Below the pieces are notes generated by a model. The model worked only from the letters and a program-made list of their open reading frames with translations, did no database searches and was not told the DNA's origin. The position numbers and the translations under genes are program-made. Below, in pieces: positions 1 through 13,273 of a stretch of DNA of 64,000 nucleotides. Each line of letters starts with the position of its first letter. The first letter of the stretch is position 1. Source of the DNA: Selaginella moellendorffii (Eukaryota > Plantae > Lycopodiophyta); assembly GCF_000143415.4 (NCBI RefSeq), contig NW_003314364.1, positions 490,676-554,675 on the forward strand, in the 5' to 3' direction.

Positions 1-41
1 GGGACCAGCAACTGTGTGCGGAGCAGCGCCAGAGATATGAC

Positions 42-2576
42 TTGGAGAAGAGGCATGCTGTCGAGGTAAGGGCGTTTCTCATGGAGGCCGAGGATAGGAC
101 ACGGCAGTTCAAGTTTGAGCAGGCCCTTGCGGAAAACAAAATCTCCAACCTGTTAGCTGAGCTAGAGCGGCCAAGGGTGGTGGAGGTGGAACATGCACAA
201 GAGCAGCACAAAGCCGCTCTTGACGCTGATAACAACATTGAGGTTGTGGTGGAACAGCCCGATGATGCCAAGGGCGCTGACGATCCTGATGCAGTGGTGG
301 AGGCTGTCCAGAAGCGGAGGCAGCAGCAGCAGCAAGAGGATGACGAGGTCCCCGTTGCTAGTACGCAAGACCAGATGGATACGGATAATGTCAACCGCCA
401 GGTCCCGGTAACTAGCGGGCCTGTCGCGTGTAGCAGCCGATTCTACGGAAGGGAGATCGCCATCAACGGCACCCAGCTCAGGCAAGCACTCAAGCTCAAG
501 AGCATTGCCGAGGCCAAGGCTGAGAACCTCAAGAGGCAAGTTAATGCTCTCAAGAAGCTCGCCGGGGAGTTGCAACACGAACAGCAGCAGCACAGCCGAC
601 ACAGGAGAGAGAGCGGGAGCAGCGACGTGGAGAGATTGCAGGCCCAGCTGCTGCAGTTGAAGAAGCAGCTGGCTGACAAGACGAGGGAGCTCGAGGCTGA
701 GCAAAGTAAGCGAAGCGATGAAGCTAGAGAGAGGGCGGCGGCAGTGGCGAGGCTGGAAATCGAGGTTGGTACTTGCCTTCCCCCATTGTCACAATGCAGT
801 TACAAGTGTACGTTGTAGGTTGTGTTGCACAAGAACCTGGCCTCCGAGTTGAAGGCTGAAAAAAAGCAGCGGTGCAAAGTTGAGAGCCAGTTAAAGGATA
901 TCCGGTGTCATATGGAAGATCACGCTAAACAGGATCATTGGCGGCAGCAGAGCTACGATGCCATCTCGCACAAGCAAAACCGACGGCTTCAGCTCAGCCT
1001 CAAGAAGTCAAGGCACAAGTATGAGCAGCTGCATGACTTCTGGAGAAAGGAGCAAGGGTGTAGGCTGTCGTCGGACAGTCGGTGCCACAGGCTCCACGTC
1101 TTGTGCTCCACTACGGCCGAGAGGCTGGATGAGCTAAAAGATCTATTGGTGGAGCTCGAGGCTCAACAGCGTCCGAGAGAACAAGCCAAGTGGCACGCAT
1201 GTAGTCACCAGGACATGCCGGACTTACGTTTCAGCCGATTGGACGGCCCAGGTACCATGGGAGAGGATTCCAAGCTTGAGACGTCAGAGAAGCTGCTCTT
1301 TTTGCTGGACAAGCTTGCAAAAGGACTGGATGACGAGCAGCAGCAGCAGCAGCATGGCGGCGGCGAGAGCGCTGGCGAGCGCGAAGCGTTGGTGTCTGGA
1401 ATGAGGAAGAAAGTGAGCGACTTGGCGAGGTTGCTGAGGGACGAATTGCAGGACAGGGATAGCGGTGACGAAGCGGAGCAGCAGGAGCAGCAGCAAGGCC
1501 TGACGGCGGAGCAGCAGCTGGCACAGCTGGGGCGGGTGTGCGAGTTGCAGGGCAAGAAGTTGCGAGCGGCGGAGGGGAGGGTGGCGGTGCTCAAGAAGCA
1601 CGTGTCACGGCTCAGGCGAGTGGCGGACGAGACTAGCAAAGAGCTGGAGCACGAGAGGTCGTGGAATCAGCCGCAGCACCAGAGCAGCAGGAACAACAGC
1701 AGCAGCAGCCTCGCCCGGATCAAGCTGCTAGAGATACAGCTGCTCGAGTACAAGCGGCAGGCAGAGGACAAGGCCAAGGATCTCAAGCACGAGCGCAGCC
1801 TGAGGTTCGACCTCGAGAGCCGCAGCGCCACCCACATCCAGCACCTCCTGCAACAACTCGACGAGCATGATGTCGAGCGCCAGGACGTGTGCGTCCAGGT
1901 GCAAGAAGAAGATCCGGTTGAGGCCATGCACGTCTTTGTGCTGGAGCTGCTGGTCGGGGAGAAGTCCGAGGCTCTGGCGCACGAGAGGCGGGAGAGAGGC
2001 GAGGCCGAGGCCAGGAACAGGGAGCTGGCTACGCTGCTGAGCTACGCGCAGGTGGAGATTGCAAATGCCAACCAACGGGACGATGAGCTGTGTCAGGTGT
2101 CGGCCTGCCAGGGGCACAAGGTGGTGGAGCTGACGGCGTTACTGGAGCGCTTTGCCAAGAGGCTGGACGAGTGTGAGGGCGATAAGGGCGTGTCTTGTGT
2201 GCCGAGTGTGAGACAGAGCGACCCGGATGATGCCGGTATGTCAACGTCAACCTGGAATAGTGGTGCTAGTGATGAATGTGTCAAGTTGACGGCATCCATG
2301 TTGACACTGGAGGAGGACAAGGGGGGGATGCTGGTAGTGGAACAGGAGCAACACCCACATGCTGCAGCCACCAAGCTTAGGAGCTGTGAAGATTTCATTG
2401 CCAATCTTAAGAAACAAGTCAAAGACCTCGAGCTGTCGGAGGAGGTGCTGCGCTACCGTGATAAGGTTTGGCGGCGAGGCTTGCTGGCCTTCGATCAAGT
2501 CCTCTTGCTCTGTTTCGGCGCTCTGTTTGCATTCAACAGGATCACCATTTTGTTGAGAGACAAAGTTCCCACATAG
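42..2576 (+). CDS. Large coiled-coil protein of unknown function (spliced; 5' end may lie upstream of the window)
   Basis: Two long ORFs (42-818, 822-2576) rich in E/Q/K/L heptads, with an internal repeat (LLQLKKQLADKTRELEAEQ / LLEYKRQAEDKAKDLKHER). They are separated by a short GT..AG intron-like segment at about 765-818. Confidence 0.7.
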
Positions 2577-2655
2577 AAAACAAAAGACATTGTTTCTTGC
2601 AAAGCCTTGTCGTTGACAAAAACTTAACTCATTCCAAAACTTGGCAAACCTAGAG

Positions 2656-3651
2656 TCACAGCTCTCCACAATCGACAATGACGCATGCCTTTTTGGGGCG
2701 GTCGTCACGATCCGTGGGCTGGGTTTCGATCATCTTGACCACGTCCATGCCTTCGAGAACATGACCAAAAACGACGTGCTTCTTGTCCAGCCAGTCCGTC
2801 TGCGCAGCTCGCTTTTCAGTCACATACAGATGGAACAAGAGCACCAGATAGTCACCTTGACAGTGCAGAGGAAGAACTGGCTCCCGTTGGTATTGGGCCC
2901 GGCGTTAGCCATGCTCAGAACTCCTGGCCCAGTGTGAGTCACTGTAAGCAAAAAAGCAAGCGTGAGTCGAGAGGTACACAGCTTCAGTACTTACGCTTGA
3001 AATTCTCGTCTTCAAACTTTCCACCATAGATGCTCCGTCCACCAGTCCCCTGCAAACAAACAAGCTCTTGCCTTAACAACCAGCAACGTCTATCTCCTCC
3101 TTACATCACATCTATCGAAATCTCCGCCTTGGATCATAAAGTTCTTAATCACCCTGTGGAAAGCAGAGCCCTTGTAGCCATACCCCTTGTCACCTGAAAC
3201 AAAGAGAGCGGTCAAGAGCAGAAGGGAAGCCTCGATCTCTTGTCACCAGCGCACAAGGCTCGGAAGTTCTCCACGGTCCTGGGGACGTCGTCCCCGTACA
3301 AACCAATCACGATGCGACCCACCGGCTCGTTGCCGATCTTCATGTCAAAGTAGCACTTCCTGGTGACTTTAGCTTGTAGCGTCGACGGCTCCACGCTCTG
3401 CCAAGACACAAATCGTCACACAAGCTCTCCATGGCCGGCATTCTAAGACTTACAACAGCGGCCTGGGTTGCAAAAGGGCGGCTCCGGCTCATCACGGCAA
3501 CTGGCGAGGGTGAAGCTCTCATCGCCTTGGGCAGCAGCTGCTGCGACGGCGACACAAAGGAGGAGGAGCGCAGCCATGCCAAGGTGGGCCGAGAGGCGGC
3601 CGCGGCCATACCGGGCATGGATGCACACAACTTGCCCCTCGCCGCCGCCAT
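2656..3651 (-). CDS. CYP20-3: Chloroplast cyclophilin-type peptidyl-prolyl cis-trans isomerase, CYP20-3/ROC4-like (multi-exon)
   Basis: Exons encode [84 protein letters not shown] and [23 protein letters not shown]. The first exon (ATG 3651) is a Ser/Ala/Arg-rich transit-peptide-like segment spliced in phase 0 to SVEP. It lacks the NPVGK insert of CYP20-2 and keeps the C-terminal Cys pair. Confidence 0.88.
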
Positions 3652-3767
3652 GCTCGACTGTTTGGCCGCTTGATTGATAAACCTAGGTAGGCACACAAAA
3701 TATCTCAGGCTCCCCAAGATATTATTTTCAGGGCAGTGGAGAATGGAGAATGCCAACTCTTTGCTTT

Positions 3768-6700
3768 TTACACGACAAGCGCTCGTTCGCTACGCGGGTA
3801 CAGCCCCATCTACACACACATTTTGCAGTAAGTCACACAGACAAGCCGGACGAAGAAACCTTGACCTGGCTCACAAGCATATCAATCTGTTCTCTGTACA
3901 TTTGCTTCACGTCCGCAAGATCCGCTCGAAGCTCCTCCACCTGCGACCACGGCATATTCAAGACAGCGAGGAGAACAAACCGGTGGACACCAACCTGCTC
4001 GTCCCTTTCCCCCATGAGCTCCAAGGCAGAAGCATGCCTCCGCCGTAACGCCTCCAACTCGGCACGCAGACCACGCAAAGTTGACGCTTCACTCCGTAGC
4101 TTCTCGCACTGTCAGAGCACAACGTTGACTGGGAAATGCCAAGACCGAGCTTGTGCCTACCTCACTCGTGCTTCTCACAAGCTCTTCGGCCAGCGCAGCT
4201 CGAGTTGATTCCAGCTCCGCCTGTAACATCAGATAGCAAACAGATTGATGCCTCGCTGCTTACCAGGCGAGTCGCGTACGACGACAACTCCCCCTCCTTG
4301 TGCCGCATCACCGACTCAAACTGCTCCGCCGATACATTGCCTTTGCTCACAGGAGGTGGCGAAGGAGGCGGCGGCTCCGCCACCATGGCCTTGTAAGAGT
4401 CTAGCGACGCCTGCAAGAAGTGACCCTCCTCCATGCCATTGACGCTCGTCAAGCTAGGCAAGCGCCACTGTTGTGTACCTGAAGCTGCCGCGCGACTGTT
4501 CATCTTGTCGTCGGCAACCCGCTGCACCCGCTCCTCCGCCTCTCCGCGCATTTCTCGCTCTCTGCTGAGCTCCTGCACTCACAGAGCGGATGTCAAAAGG
4601 ACGAGATACGCCAACTACGTGCCTGCTCCAGTGCTAGCCTTCGGGACCTCTCCTGGCCAAGGACTTGTGCATACTTCTCCTTGACATCAATCAATTCCTC
4701 GTGCAAAACTTTGGCTCGCCCTTCGTGTGATGCAGCCGATTCCAGTGCAGCTAACAACTCCTGCCGGGTCTCAGATGCTCTTGCCCGCTCCGCTTCAAGC
4801 GAGCGCGTCACTTGAGACAGCTCGGCCTTGACACACGACACCTGCGTTGCCTCAAGGTACTTGAGTTGCCGCAACTACACCAAAGGAGATTAACACTACC
4901 TGAGCTTCCATGACCGCCAGCCGTGACAACGTCTGTGACAAGCGCTCGTTTGTAGCTCTCTCCCGTTCCGTTGCAGCTGCTGCCTTTGCGTCAGCCTCCT
5001 GCATGTGTTGTGAGTGAACAACTTCATCATCAGGGGCACACACACGCGCCACACCTGCAAGCGAGAGTTGAGAGCTCGTTCTGCACCACTCCAAGCTTCC
5101 GCCCTCATAGCCGATGACTCCTGTTGAGCAGAGAGCAGGCAGTTTGAGAACATGGACAGCGGCTATATATATGGAGAGAGACGGCTCACTCACCTGCATT
5201 GCCTCTATTTGACGGAGCAAAGGCCTCGTGGACTCGGGAACCCGCGCAACAAGATCATCATACCGCGTTTCTGCATCCTGTACATACACCCCTGACGCGC
5301 GTATGCAAGTGCTCCCTCGCCAAAGCTTTCAGACAAACCTGGCAGCGCCTCTCGAGGCTTTCAATGTCTTTCCTCAGCACATCCTCCCGGTACGCTGCCT
5401 ATACAACGAGCCAGCTATAAGTTGTAACGTAGATGGAGCACATCATGTCTCGGAGCCTCACCACTTGTTCTGCTCGACTTAGGCCCTGGCGGAGCTCCTC
5501 GAGCGATTGCACAAGAGCGCTCTCCCTCTGAGCAGCCTGATGCAGCCGCTGGTCCAGGTCCGCTTTGGCCTGGCTGCTCGCACGAGATTCCGCGCGTGCC
5601 TCACTTTCCCTTGCTTCGTTCACCATCTTGGTATAGAATTCCCTCTGGGCTGCGAGATCCGCATGCCCCTTGTCAAGCGTCTCCTGCAGCGCTTTCTCCG
5701 TGGCGGCTTTATCTTTCCTCATGCTCTCTACTTTGGCTTCTTCAACCTGTCCAGTAGCAGGGTGAGAAACGAAAAGAGAGAACAACAGGCGTACCTGTAG
5801 CTTGGAATGGAGCCGCTGCTTCTCTTCTTCCAGCTCCCGAACCTGTAAATCCCGCCATCACCATCTCAAACGTTTAACACACCAGCACACTCTGATGTTT
5901 CACCTGGGACCGTAACTTCCGGATTGCAGCCTCCTGAGAAGCTTGCTTCTTTGAGAGCTCTTCACCTGACAAACAGCAGCGGGTGTTAGGAGAGGAGAGG
6001 GGGGGCACTGGTTACCTTCGGCCATGACCTGTTTAATGATATCGTCCTTCTCCTTGAGCAGGGCCGTGGAGTCGGACTTTCGATTCACTTCTCTACGCAG
6101 CATGTCACGTTCCTTGGTCAGGGCGTACACCTGCTCGCGCATTGCCAAATGAGTGAAGAGCGTCCAAATCTAAACGAGAGAGAGAGAGGGAGAGAGAGGG
6201 TGTGCTGACTTTGCGCTCGGCAGCGCCTAGCTCCTGCTTGAGCGCCTCCAGTTCCACTTGGCTGCTTCGTTTCTGTGACAAAGGAGCGGCGTGAGTGCAA
6301 GGACGAAGCAGTGAGATACTCTCACCTTGCTGGCCTCCTCCAGGGAGCGCCTGAGCTGCTCCTTCTCCTCGATGAGCCGTGAGATCTGGTGGGCCTCGTC
6401 GAGCACCTACACACAGCCGAGTATAACTGGTGCACCACACACACCGAGTCCATACCTCCTCCTCATGAGTTAACTGGGCCTCACTGCTGGGTTGCTTGTC
6501 GTCCTCCTCCTCCTCCGCCGCCGCCGCCGCCGCCGCTGCATCCTGCGTCTGGACGATCTCACTCTCACCTGGGTCCAGCGCGTCATTGGTCCGTGGCGAT
6601 CTGGGCAGCTCCGGATCTGGGGCTGGAGCAGGCGGCGTCACCTCCTCTGCTTTGTTGCTGCCAGCGCTACCTTCCAATCCCAGTGCCGAGTCGAAATTCC

Positions 6701-6776
6701 TTTCGATGGTCTTGACGCCCTCGCTGATTTTGGTGACTGCCCCAGCAATGTCGCTGCTCAAGTTCCACCACGCCAT
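3768..6776 (-). CDS. GC5: Golgin candidate 5 (TMF1/TATA element modulatory factor homolog), many short introns
   Basis: N-terminus MAWW..DIAGAVTKISEGVKTIERNFDSALG; internal exons VYALTKERDMLRRE..LLKEKDDIIKQVMAEG and VPESTRPLLRQIEAMQ; C-terminus ALELMGERDEQVEELRADLADVKQMYREQIDMLV. The 3' end position is approximate. Confidence 0.9.
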
Positions 6777-6878
6777 GCCCTAAAACGTTTGAGCGCGGCA
6801 TTTTATCTGGTTGCAGATCACTGCGGCTGATCGAGCCCTAACATATTTGGGCAAGAAGACGCCACAGCAAGAAGCCCA

Positions 6879-8484
6879 ATGCCCGCGCAAGATCCTCACA
6901 GGGACGATGGTGATCCGCTCACCAAGCTCATCCTTCGGGCTCAAGCTTTCCGTGACAAGCTCGCCGAGTCCTCCAGCCGGCATCGTGAGTCCGTTAAGTC
7001 GATCGAGAGGTCTTCCCAGAAGGATGCAAGCTTGGAGGTGGACCTCATTCTTGCTGGCGCTGGTGCGGGCGATGATAATTCTCGACTTGTGGAAGCGTCA
7101 CTCGGTCTCGGGAATGACGACGAAAAAGAAGCTGAGGAGGAGGCAGCTCTTTTGCAGGAGCTCTTCTTTTCTAGAGAATCAACAACAACAACAGCAACAA
7201 CAAGGTCGACGACGGGGACGACTGAGATAGATCCCCGAAACGATGGACTGTGCTTGCTCGTGACAATTGGAAAGGTGGTGCTCTTGGACGAGACAGTGGA
7301 AGACCTGACCAAGATCAAGCCAAGCATCCTGTGCCACTTTGGCAGCACAATTTCAATGCTATCATCTTGTACGTGCCTCCTGACGCTCTTCTTCCCTGCT
7401 GTGTTTGACGCCCAGGGTCTCAAGCTTTGCCCTGAGCAGCGAATTTCAGTCACCCCGGTCACAGTCCAAAAGAGAATGCTACTCTTTGAGTACAGGTCGC
7501 AGCTGTTTTGGAAACTGACATCCATGAGAGCTCAACAGGAGTGGTGTGCTCAACCCGTCAAGACAACTCTTTACCTCAGGTGGCAATCCGGTGAAGCATT
7601 AGAGTGTTATGGCTATGTGTCCTTGAACAACGCCATACAAGTGGGAGGTTTGCAGACTAGCTTGGTACTAGCTGCTGGCAAAAGCATAAAAGATGATGTG
7701 CATCCTGCTGTAATCAAGCCAACGCGGTTCAAGACCAAAGCTAGTTCCGTCGAGCCCGTGACGAGCCTTAGAAGTTCCAAGAGCAACATCGACTTGGAAG
7801 GAAGAGCCATTGCAACTGTCGACATTGGGATGGTGCTCGTCCGTGAATCAAGCGTGGGTGCTGCTCCGAAGAAGACGAGTTGCTACATCCACGCAGGGGA
7901 TGAACAGGTATCTCAGGTCTGGTTTGGGTGAGCTCATTTCCTTTTGCTTTGCTCAGGAACCTTGGATTTATCTTAACTTGCACAACTTGGCGGCGGAGTT
8001 TACCAGAGTGCAATCCGCAAGATCCCAAACCATGCTCTTGGTTGTCAAGTCAGGTTGTAGAGTTGCTTTCGCGAGTATCAGGTTGTCACGGAAGAACAGG
8101 TACCGCCAGAAGTTTTTGGATGCTGTATTGCAACCGAGCCCAAGCGAGGAATGCCTGATATTCTTGGAAGCATGGGACAGCTTGCGAGCGTATGAGGGGC
8201 TGGGAGAGGGTGGACTGGAGGGCTTGCTCGGAATGCTCAAGGTCCCATACTCTTTGGGCTCATGGACGGAACGAACTTCAAGGCACGGGATTGTCAAGTT
8301 TTCAGGCTGCTTCAGAGTTTGGCATCCGAGCAACAAGTCAGTGTCTGGCAAGGTCACAGTGATTGTTGTGCTTGGCTTGAGATACCAAGTCTTGAAGATC
8401 CAGAAAGAGAACCAGGCAGCGGCTGTGATCCAATCTTGTTTTCGAAAGTTCCTATTTGAAAAGTCACAGCTCAAAGAAAATTGA
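6879..8484 (+). CDS. Uncharacterised protein with beta-rich (possibly C2-like) domains and a C-terminal IQ-like motif
   Basis: Long ORFs 6879-7931 and 7810-8484 are linked by short GT..AG introns (about 7369-7415 and 7908-7956). The C-terminus AAAVIQSCFRKFL is IQ-like. Confidence 0.6.
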
Positions 8485-9539
8485 GTAATTTCTGCGGAAA
8501 ATGCATGACTAATGAGCTCTCGAGTTTTCTATCCAAACGGTTGGCTTAATTGACAGCCTAATATCCCATGTATTATTGCATACGGCATTGTGTGGTGAGA
8601 ATGATGAAATGGACTTCTCTCACCAAAAGAATGCAGCCTAGCTGGTCTCGCGGGTATTCTAGCTGGTCTTATTCTTTACTGCTGTTGCTTTTCCATAGTA
8701 TCTGAGGCAAGCACAAGTTACGCGAGTCTCAAACAGGTGCTACTCTTGTGTTATTTATGCAGAGTTTTTGTAAGAAATGGTGTTTCCAGTGGATAAAGAA
8801 CTATCTAGGTCTTGTTCTTCTAAAGATTTCAAGAGTTTACAGTTTTACTATGTTTTTGTTTGCCTAAGTTCATTCTTAAGGTCCTTCATATAGAAAACAT
8901 GCTTTCCAACATAAAATTGTTAACTATACTTCTGAGCTCCATCTTGAGTTTTTTCCAGCCCTAGCACGGATCAGGTACTGGGGCTGAAATGGTTGAGGTA
9001 CATGGTCTGTTGGGATTGTCAAGAGCCTGAAATCAGAGAACCTGTTTGGAGTCAGATTGGGGAGGAACATTAGGCCCTGTGGTGGGCCTTTGGGTGTTCA
9101 AGTGATATGGGAGGCACACAATAAGAAACTTTGAAGATAAGCTAACAAGTATGATCATTTTGACCTAGTGGAGATTGTCATTGGCCTTGGTTCAACTGCA
9201 ATACTTGTTCTTGGCACATCAAGGGAGACCAGACTGGGCCACAATGTGGTTACAACTGTGGCTCCCTTGCTTTGGAAGACTATAAAGACCATGATAGCAA
9301 TGGCAACCTTTAATGTAATGCATTTGAATTTAGAGCTAAACTTTAAGTCTATTGTGTTAAAGAATTATAGAATGAGGAGTACCAACTTCCTATATTTAGC
9401 CCAGAATACTCTTTATATATTTCACTAATAAATTTAGATACTTTCCATAAATAGTTAATAAGATTATAGAGTGTCTAGTAGACTATTGTAAAAATGACTA
9501 TGGGTATTGAAACTTACTTATTAGCAAGTCCTTTTGAAT

Positions 9540-10670
9540 ATTTTTTTTTATGTAGGATATTGGTATTATTGGTTCTTTTGATCAGTCTTTCCCAAAACTA
9601 GTTAAGAAACTAGTTTTTATATATGCACTTGACTTTAAGACCATAAGGATAGAATTCCTAAGTGGTATTAATTAAGAATATCTGATCTAATTAGAAAAAT
9701 TCATTTGTTAATTTGCACTTGCCAGTGTTAGGAACCCCCATGACATTGAGCTTAATCCCTCAATATTCTTGAATTTACCATATTACCTAAACACTCTTGT
9801 TATCATGCCTTATGTGTTATTCCCATTTTTATCCCATTAGCTATTTATTAAAAGTATTAAGATACATTAGTTAGGAATATTTATAGAATGTAGAGATTTT
9901 TTTGAATACAACAATATTATTTCCACATTTAAATTTGCCATCTAGTGCCATTCCATATTTAATAAATTTTCAAATTTATCCTAAAAAGCTTACAGTGAGC
10001 TTTCATATTTGGGTGGGGGGGGGGGGGCGGCGATAGTGGGTAGTGGGTAGATGTAACACACAAATCTTTAAGCCCCAAAATGGGGTTGAAAGGGTGCCAT
10101 TTGGTAGTGGCCAAATTGAGAATCTAATGAGCATAATATGTTTGGATTGGATATGTTTAAACAAGTCTCTAAAAAGGGACACATGAGGGATTGACACATG
10201 GCAAGTGTTATGACACATGAAAATGTCAAAACAAAATTTAAGATGGAATTCAAGATGGAACCTAAAATGGAGTCTGAGATAGAGTCCAAGATAGAGTCCA
10301 AGATGGAATTCGAGACCATGTCCAAGATTGAGACCAAGATTGTGTCCGAGATTGAGACCGAGACCAAGTTCGAGACCAAGACCAGGGCCAAGACCAAGTC
10401 TAAGTCTGAACCTGAGCCTAAGGGTGAAAACTTAAAGTGATTGTCCCCCAAGGTAGTTTGGTGAATCCCTATGATAGAACCAATTTAGCCAGGAAAGGCT
10501 AGTGTGTCTAAAGAAGGTTATACCCATATGGTGGATAATGATATAACTATGGAGGTGTCCAAAGCTAAAGTGAATATGAATGGACAAGTGGGGTAACTTG
10601 GTGAAGTGTTCAAGAGTTAGCTCTAGCTCCTCTGGGAGATTGAATGGTCAATGTTCCCAATTTAAGTATG
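9540..10670 (+). mobile_element. Degenerate LTR-retroelement remnant ('family A'): internal 3' region, purine-rich PPT and 5' part of an LTR
   Basis: A G-rich tract at about 10010-10050 is followed by tgtaacacacaaatc (10051), homologous to the family-A LTR start tgtgagacacaaaatcc. A decayed GAGATGGAGTCC/GAGACC array follows. 9540-9990 resembles 12540-12990. Confidence 0.6.
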
Positions 10671-10902
10671 TGTAAGCCATAAATTTTTCCCTTCCAATTT
10701 GTTAGCTTACCTTGTCTATTCGACCAACACTACCTTGGCCTTAGCTAAATTCCTTCGCCAAGGTTCCTGCCTATTGTACTAGCTCTTACTTGGTCCTACT
10801 TGGTTTTAGCTACTCACTGCACGAGCAACAGAGTGTTACCCATCCATTCACAGATTCCTAAATCTCCCTCAATCCCCCTCCCCGGGTTAGACTAGACTTA
10901 AG

Positions 10903-12184
10903 TGTAAGCGATTAAATTTTCCATTCAACTTTAGTCACTTAAACACCCCTCCGACCACTTGGAAGAGTTTCACTGACAACCTCTGTAAATCCTATTTTGG
11001 ACTTAGGGACTTACTAACCCCAAGAATAGCATCCATGCCACTTAACCATTGCACTTGGTCTAAGTGCTCCATGTGTCCGATCCTATGACCGACACCCCAA
11101 TGTACCACCAAATATCAACCCGTTACGCAAAGGCCATGCCTATTCACCTTGGTCACACCGGTGGTCTAACATTACTTACATCACAATCCCGTCTCTCAAA
11201 GACTGAGCCATCCATCCATGAGTGATCATCCCAGATCCACTCCTTAGCATCCTTAGGATGCCCACAGACATGGGGAATAACCTTCCCCAATATCCCTTTT
11301 CTGGTCCCCACCAAGTCCCTTTCTGCCCATGGTTGTGTTCGCCAACACTACCACTGGATTGAGGCCCACAGGCCTGACCACTAAGTCCCACGGTCCTCTG
11401 GGACTTCCTCACCACCCGACTGTATCTTTGGTCACTACACCAGAGGACTATTCCTCTTCCTTTCCCCAGTCTGGGCCTTTGGGACAACATTTCGGAACAC
11501 CGTGGCCCTACATGAGCCTCATGGGTACTCTCCCCGCCTTCCACCTTTGGGTGCTCTAGCCATAGGCTTAGAGCGAGGTTCCGTTAAGCCACACCAGGTA
11601 TCCAAGCAGATAGCAAATAGTGAGTACAGTCTTTCTAGGACAAGCTAGCCTTTCCTGGCCAAATTGGCTCCATTGGAGTCCTCCCCCTACTATACTTTTG
11701 GAGCTTACCAAACCCTCTAGGGTCCCTCCCCTTACTATACTTTTGGAGCGCACTAAACCCCCTAGGGTTTCGGACTCCTCTTGTGTCTTTTTTCTAGAGA
11801 CTCACATATTGCTTGCTTTGCGCTTGTTCCTTGAGCACTTCGTTGGGAGTTCCATTCCCACTCTCAACCTTTCAAGTCGGAGCTTTTTGTAAGCTCCTGA
11901 GTTTGGACATCCCGGGAGGTCACCTAGCCCAGTACTATTCAAACCCAAGGACGCTTAACCCCAAGTATCCCAAGACCCTTAATCGATTGGAAAAGGAGGT
12001 GCATTCTTGTTCATGGGCCCTTTCCCTCTATATTTGAACCCCATAGATCGTTTCTTGAGTCGTTCCTTTTGGTTACTTACACTTTTAGTCCAAACATGTT
12101 ACGTTTGTTTGGCTTTCGCTTCAGCCACTACTACGTGCCACCCTTTTGGCTCCATTTTGGGGCCTAGGGATTTTGTGTCTCACA
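10903..12184 (-). mobile_element. Solo LTR, family A (variant lacking the minisatellite array)
   Basis: TG...CA termini (tgtaagcgat...gtgtctcaca), flanked by 5-bp TSD TTAAG (10898-10902 / 12185-12189). Confidence 0.85.
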
Positions 12185-13053
12185 TTAAGGTTTGGCTACA
12201 CTCCCTGCAGGAACAAGTAGCCAAACACACTAAGCCTTCAGATTCCAAACATCCCTTGGTACAACAAGACTTGATCATAGGACCCTCTACATCTTAAGCC
12301 TTAGATGCAACACTTACTTCGGGATGTTGGGGGGAAATACCGTGGCCTAATGGCCTAGTATGGGTACCCCTACTCCCCCACTTCCATCCCAAAGGGAAGG
12401 CCCAAGCCTCTAGGAAAGGCGAGAACCAATGAGCCACAAGGTACTCAAGTGGGGCACTACTTGTCGCGAATGTGATTTTGGGTATCGAAAGTTATTTGTT
12501 GGCTAATCCTTACAGACACTCTTTCCTTATTGCCACAACGGTATGAGGTCAGTATTGTTGGACCCTTTATCAGTCCCTTTTGTGCTAATGAAGTCATTGT
12601 GCATTTTGAGTGTACTTAAATCGGATGAACATAAGGATGGAATTCCCACGTGTTATTAGCTAAATATACTTAGCCTGGTAAGGAGTTCCCATCTCGTTAT
12701 ATCTTGCACTGGCTAGTGACAAAAACCCTCACGTATTGAGATTAGTCCCTCAATATCACTAGATGATAGCTTACCATGTCTACCAAACACCCTTGTTATC
12801 ATGCCCTTTGTGTTAGTCTCATTTTTGTCCCAAATGCTATATATGGAAAGTGTCTAGATTCACTCATTTGGCATATCTACGAAATGTAAAGATTAACCTA
12901 AACACAATGGTGTTCGTCGTATGTCCAAATTTGCAATCTAAGGACATTCATATTTAATAAGTTTTGAGCTTGTCCTAGAGACTAACTCCTGGTATTAAGG
13001 GAGGCTTAGGGTGAAAGCCCAAAGCGTTTGTTCCTCAAGGGGTGAGGTGAGTT

Positions 13054-13273
13054 NNNNNNNNNNNNNNNNNNNNNNNNNNNNNNNNNNNNNNNNNNNNNNN
13101 NNNNNNNNNNNNNNNNNNNNNNNNNNNNNNNNNNNNNNNNNNNNNNNNNNNNNNNNNNNNNNNNNNNNNNNNNNNNNNNNNNNNNNNNNNNNNNNNNNNN
13201 NNNNNNNNNNNNNNNNNNNNNNNNNNNNNNNNNNNNNNNNNNNNNNNNNNNNNNNNNNNNNNNNNNNNNNNNN
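13054..13273. other. Assembly gap (220 N) within LTR-derived sequence
   Basis: Run of N. Confidence 1.

Noticed and set aside
162-2422. Antisense ORFs over the first gene, and similar ones over GC5, pol and the cargo gene
   Set aside because: Shadow ORFs of GC-rich coding sequence with no recognisable motifs.
3443-3628. Signal-peptide-like ORF ([18 protein letters not shown]) as the cyclophilin first exon
   Set aside because: Splicing at the GTAAGT donor (about 3453) in that frame creates an immediate TAG. The transit-peptide frame from ATG 3651 joins in phase.
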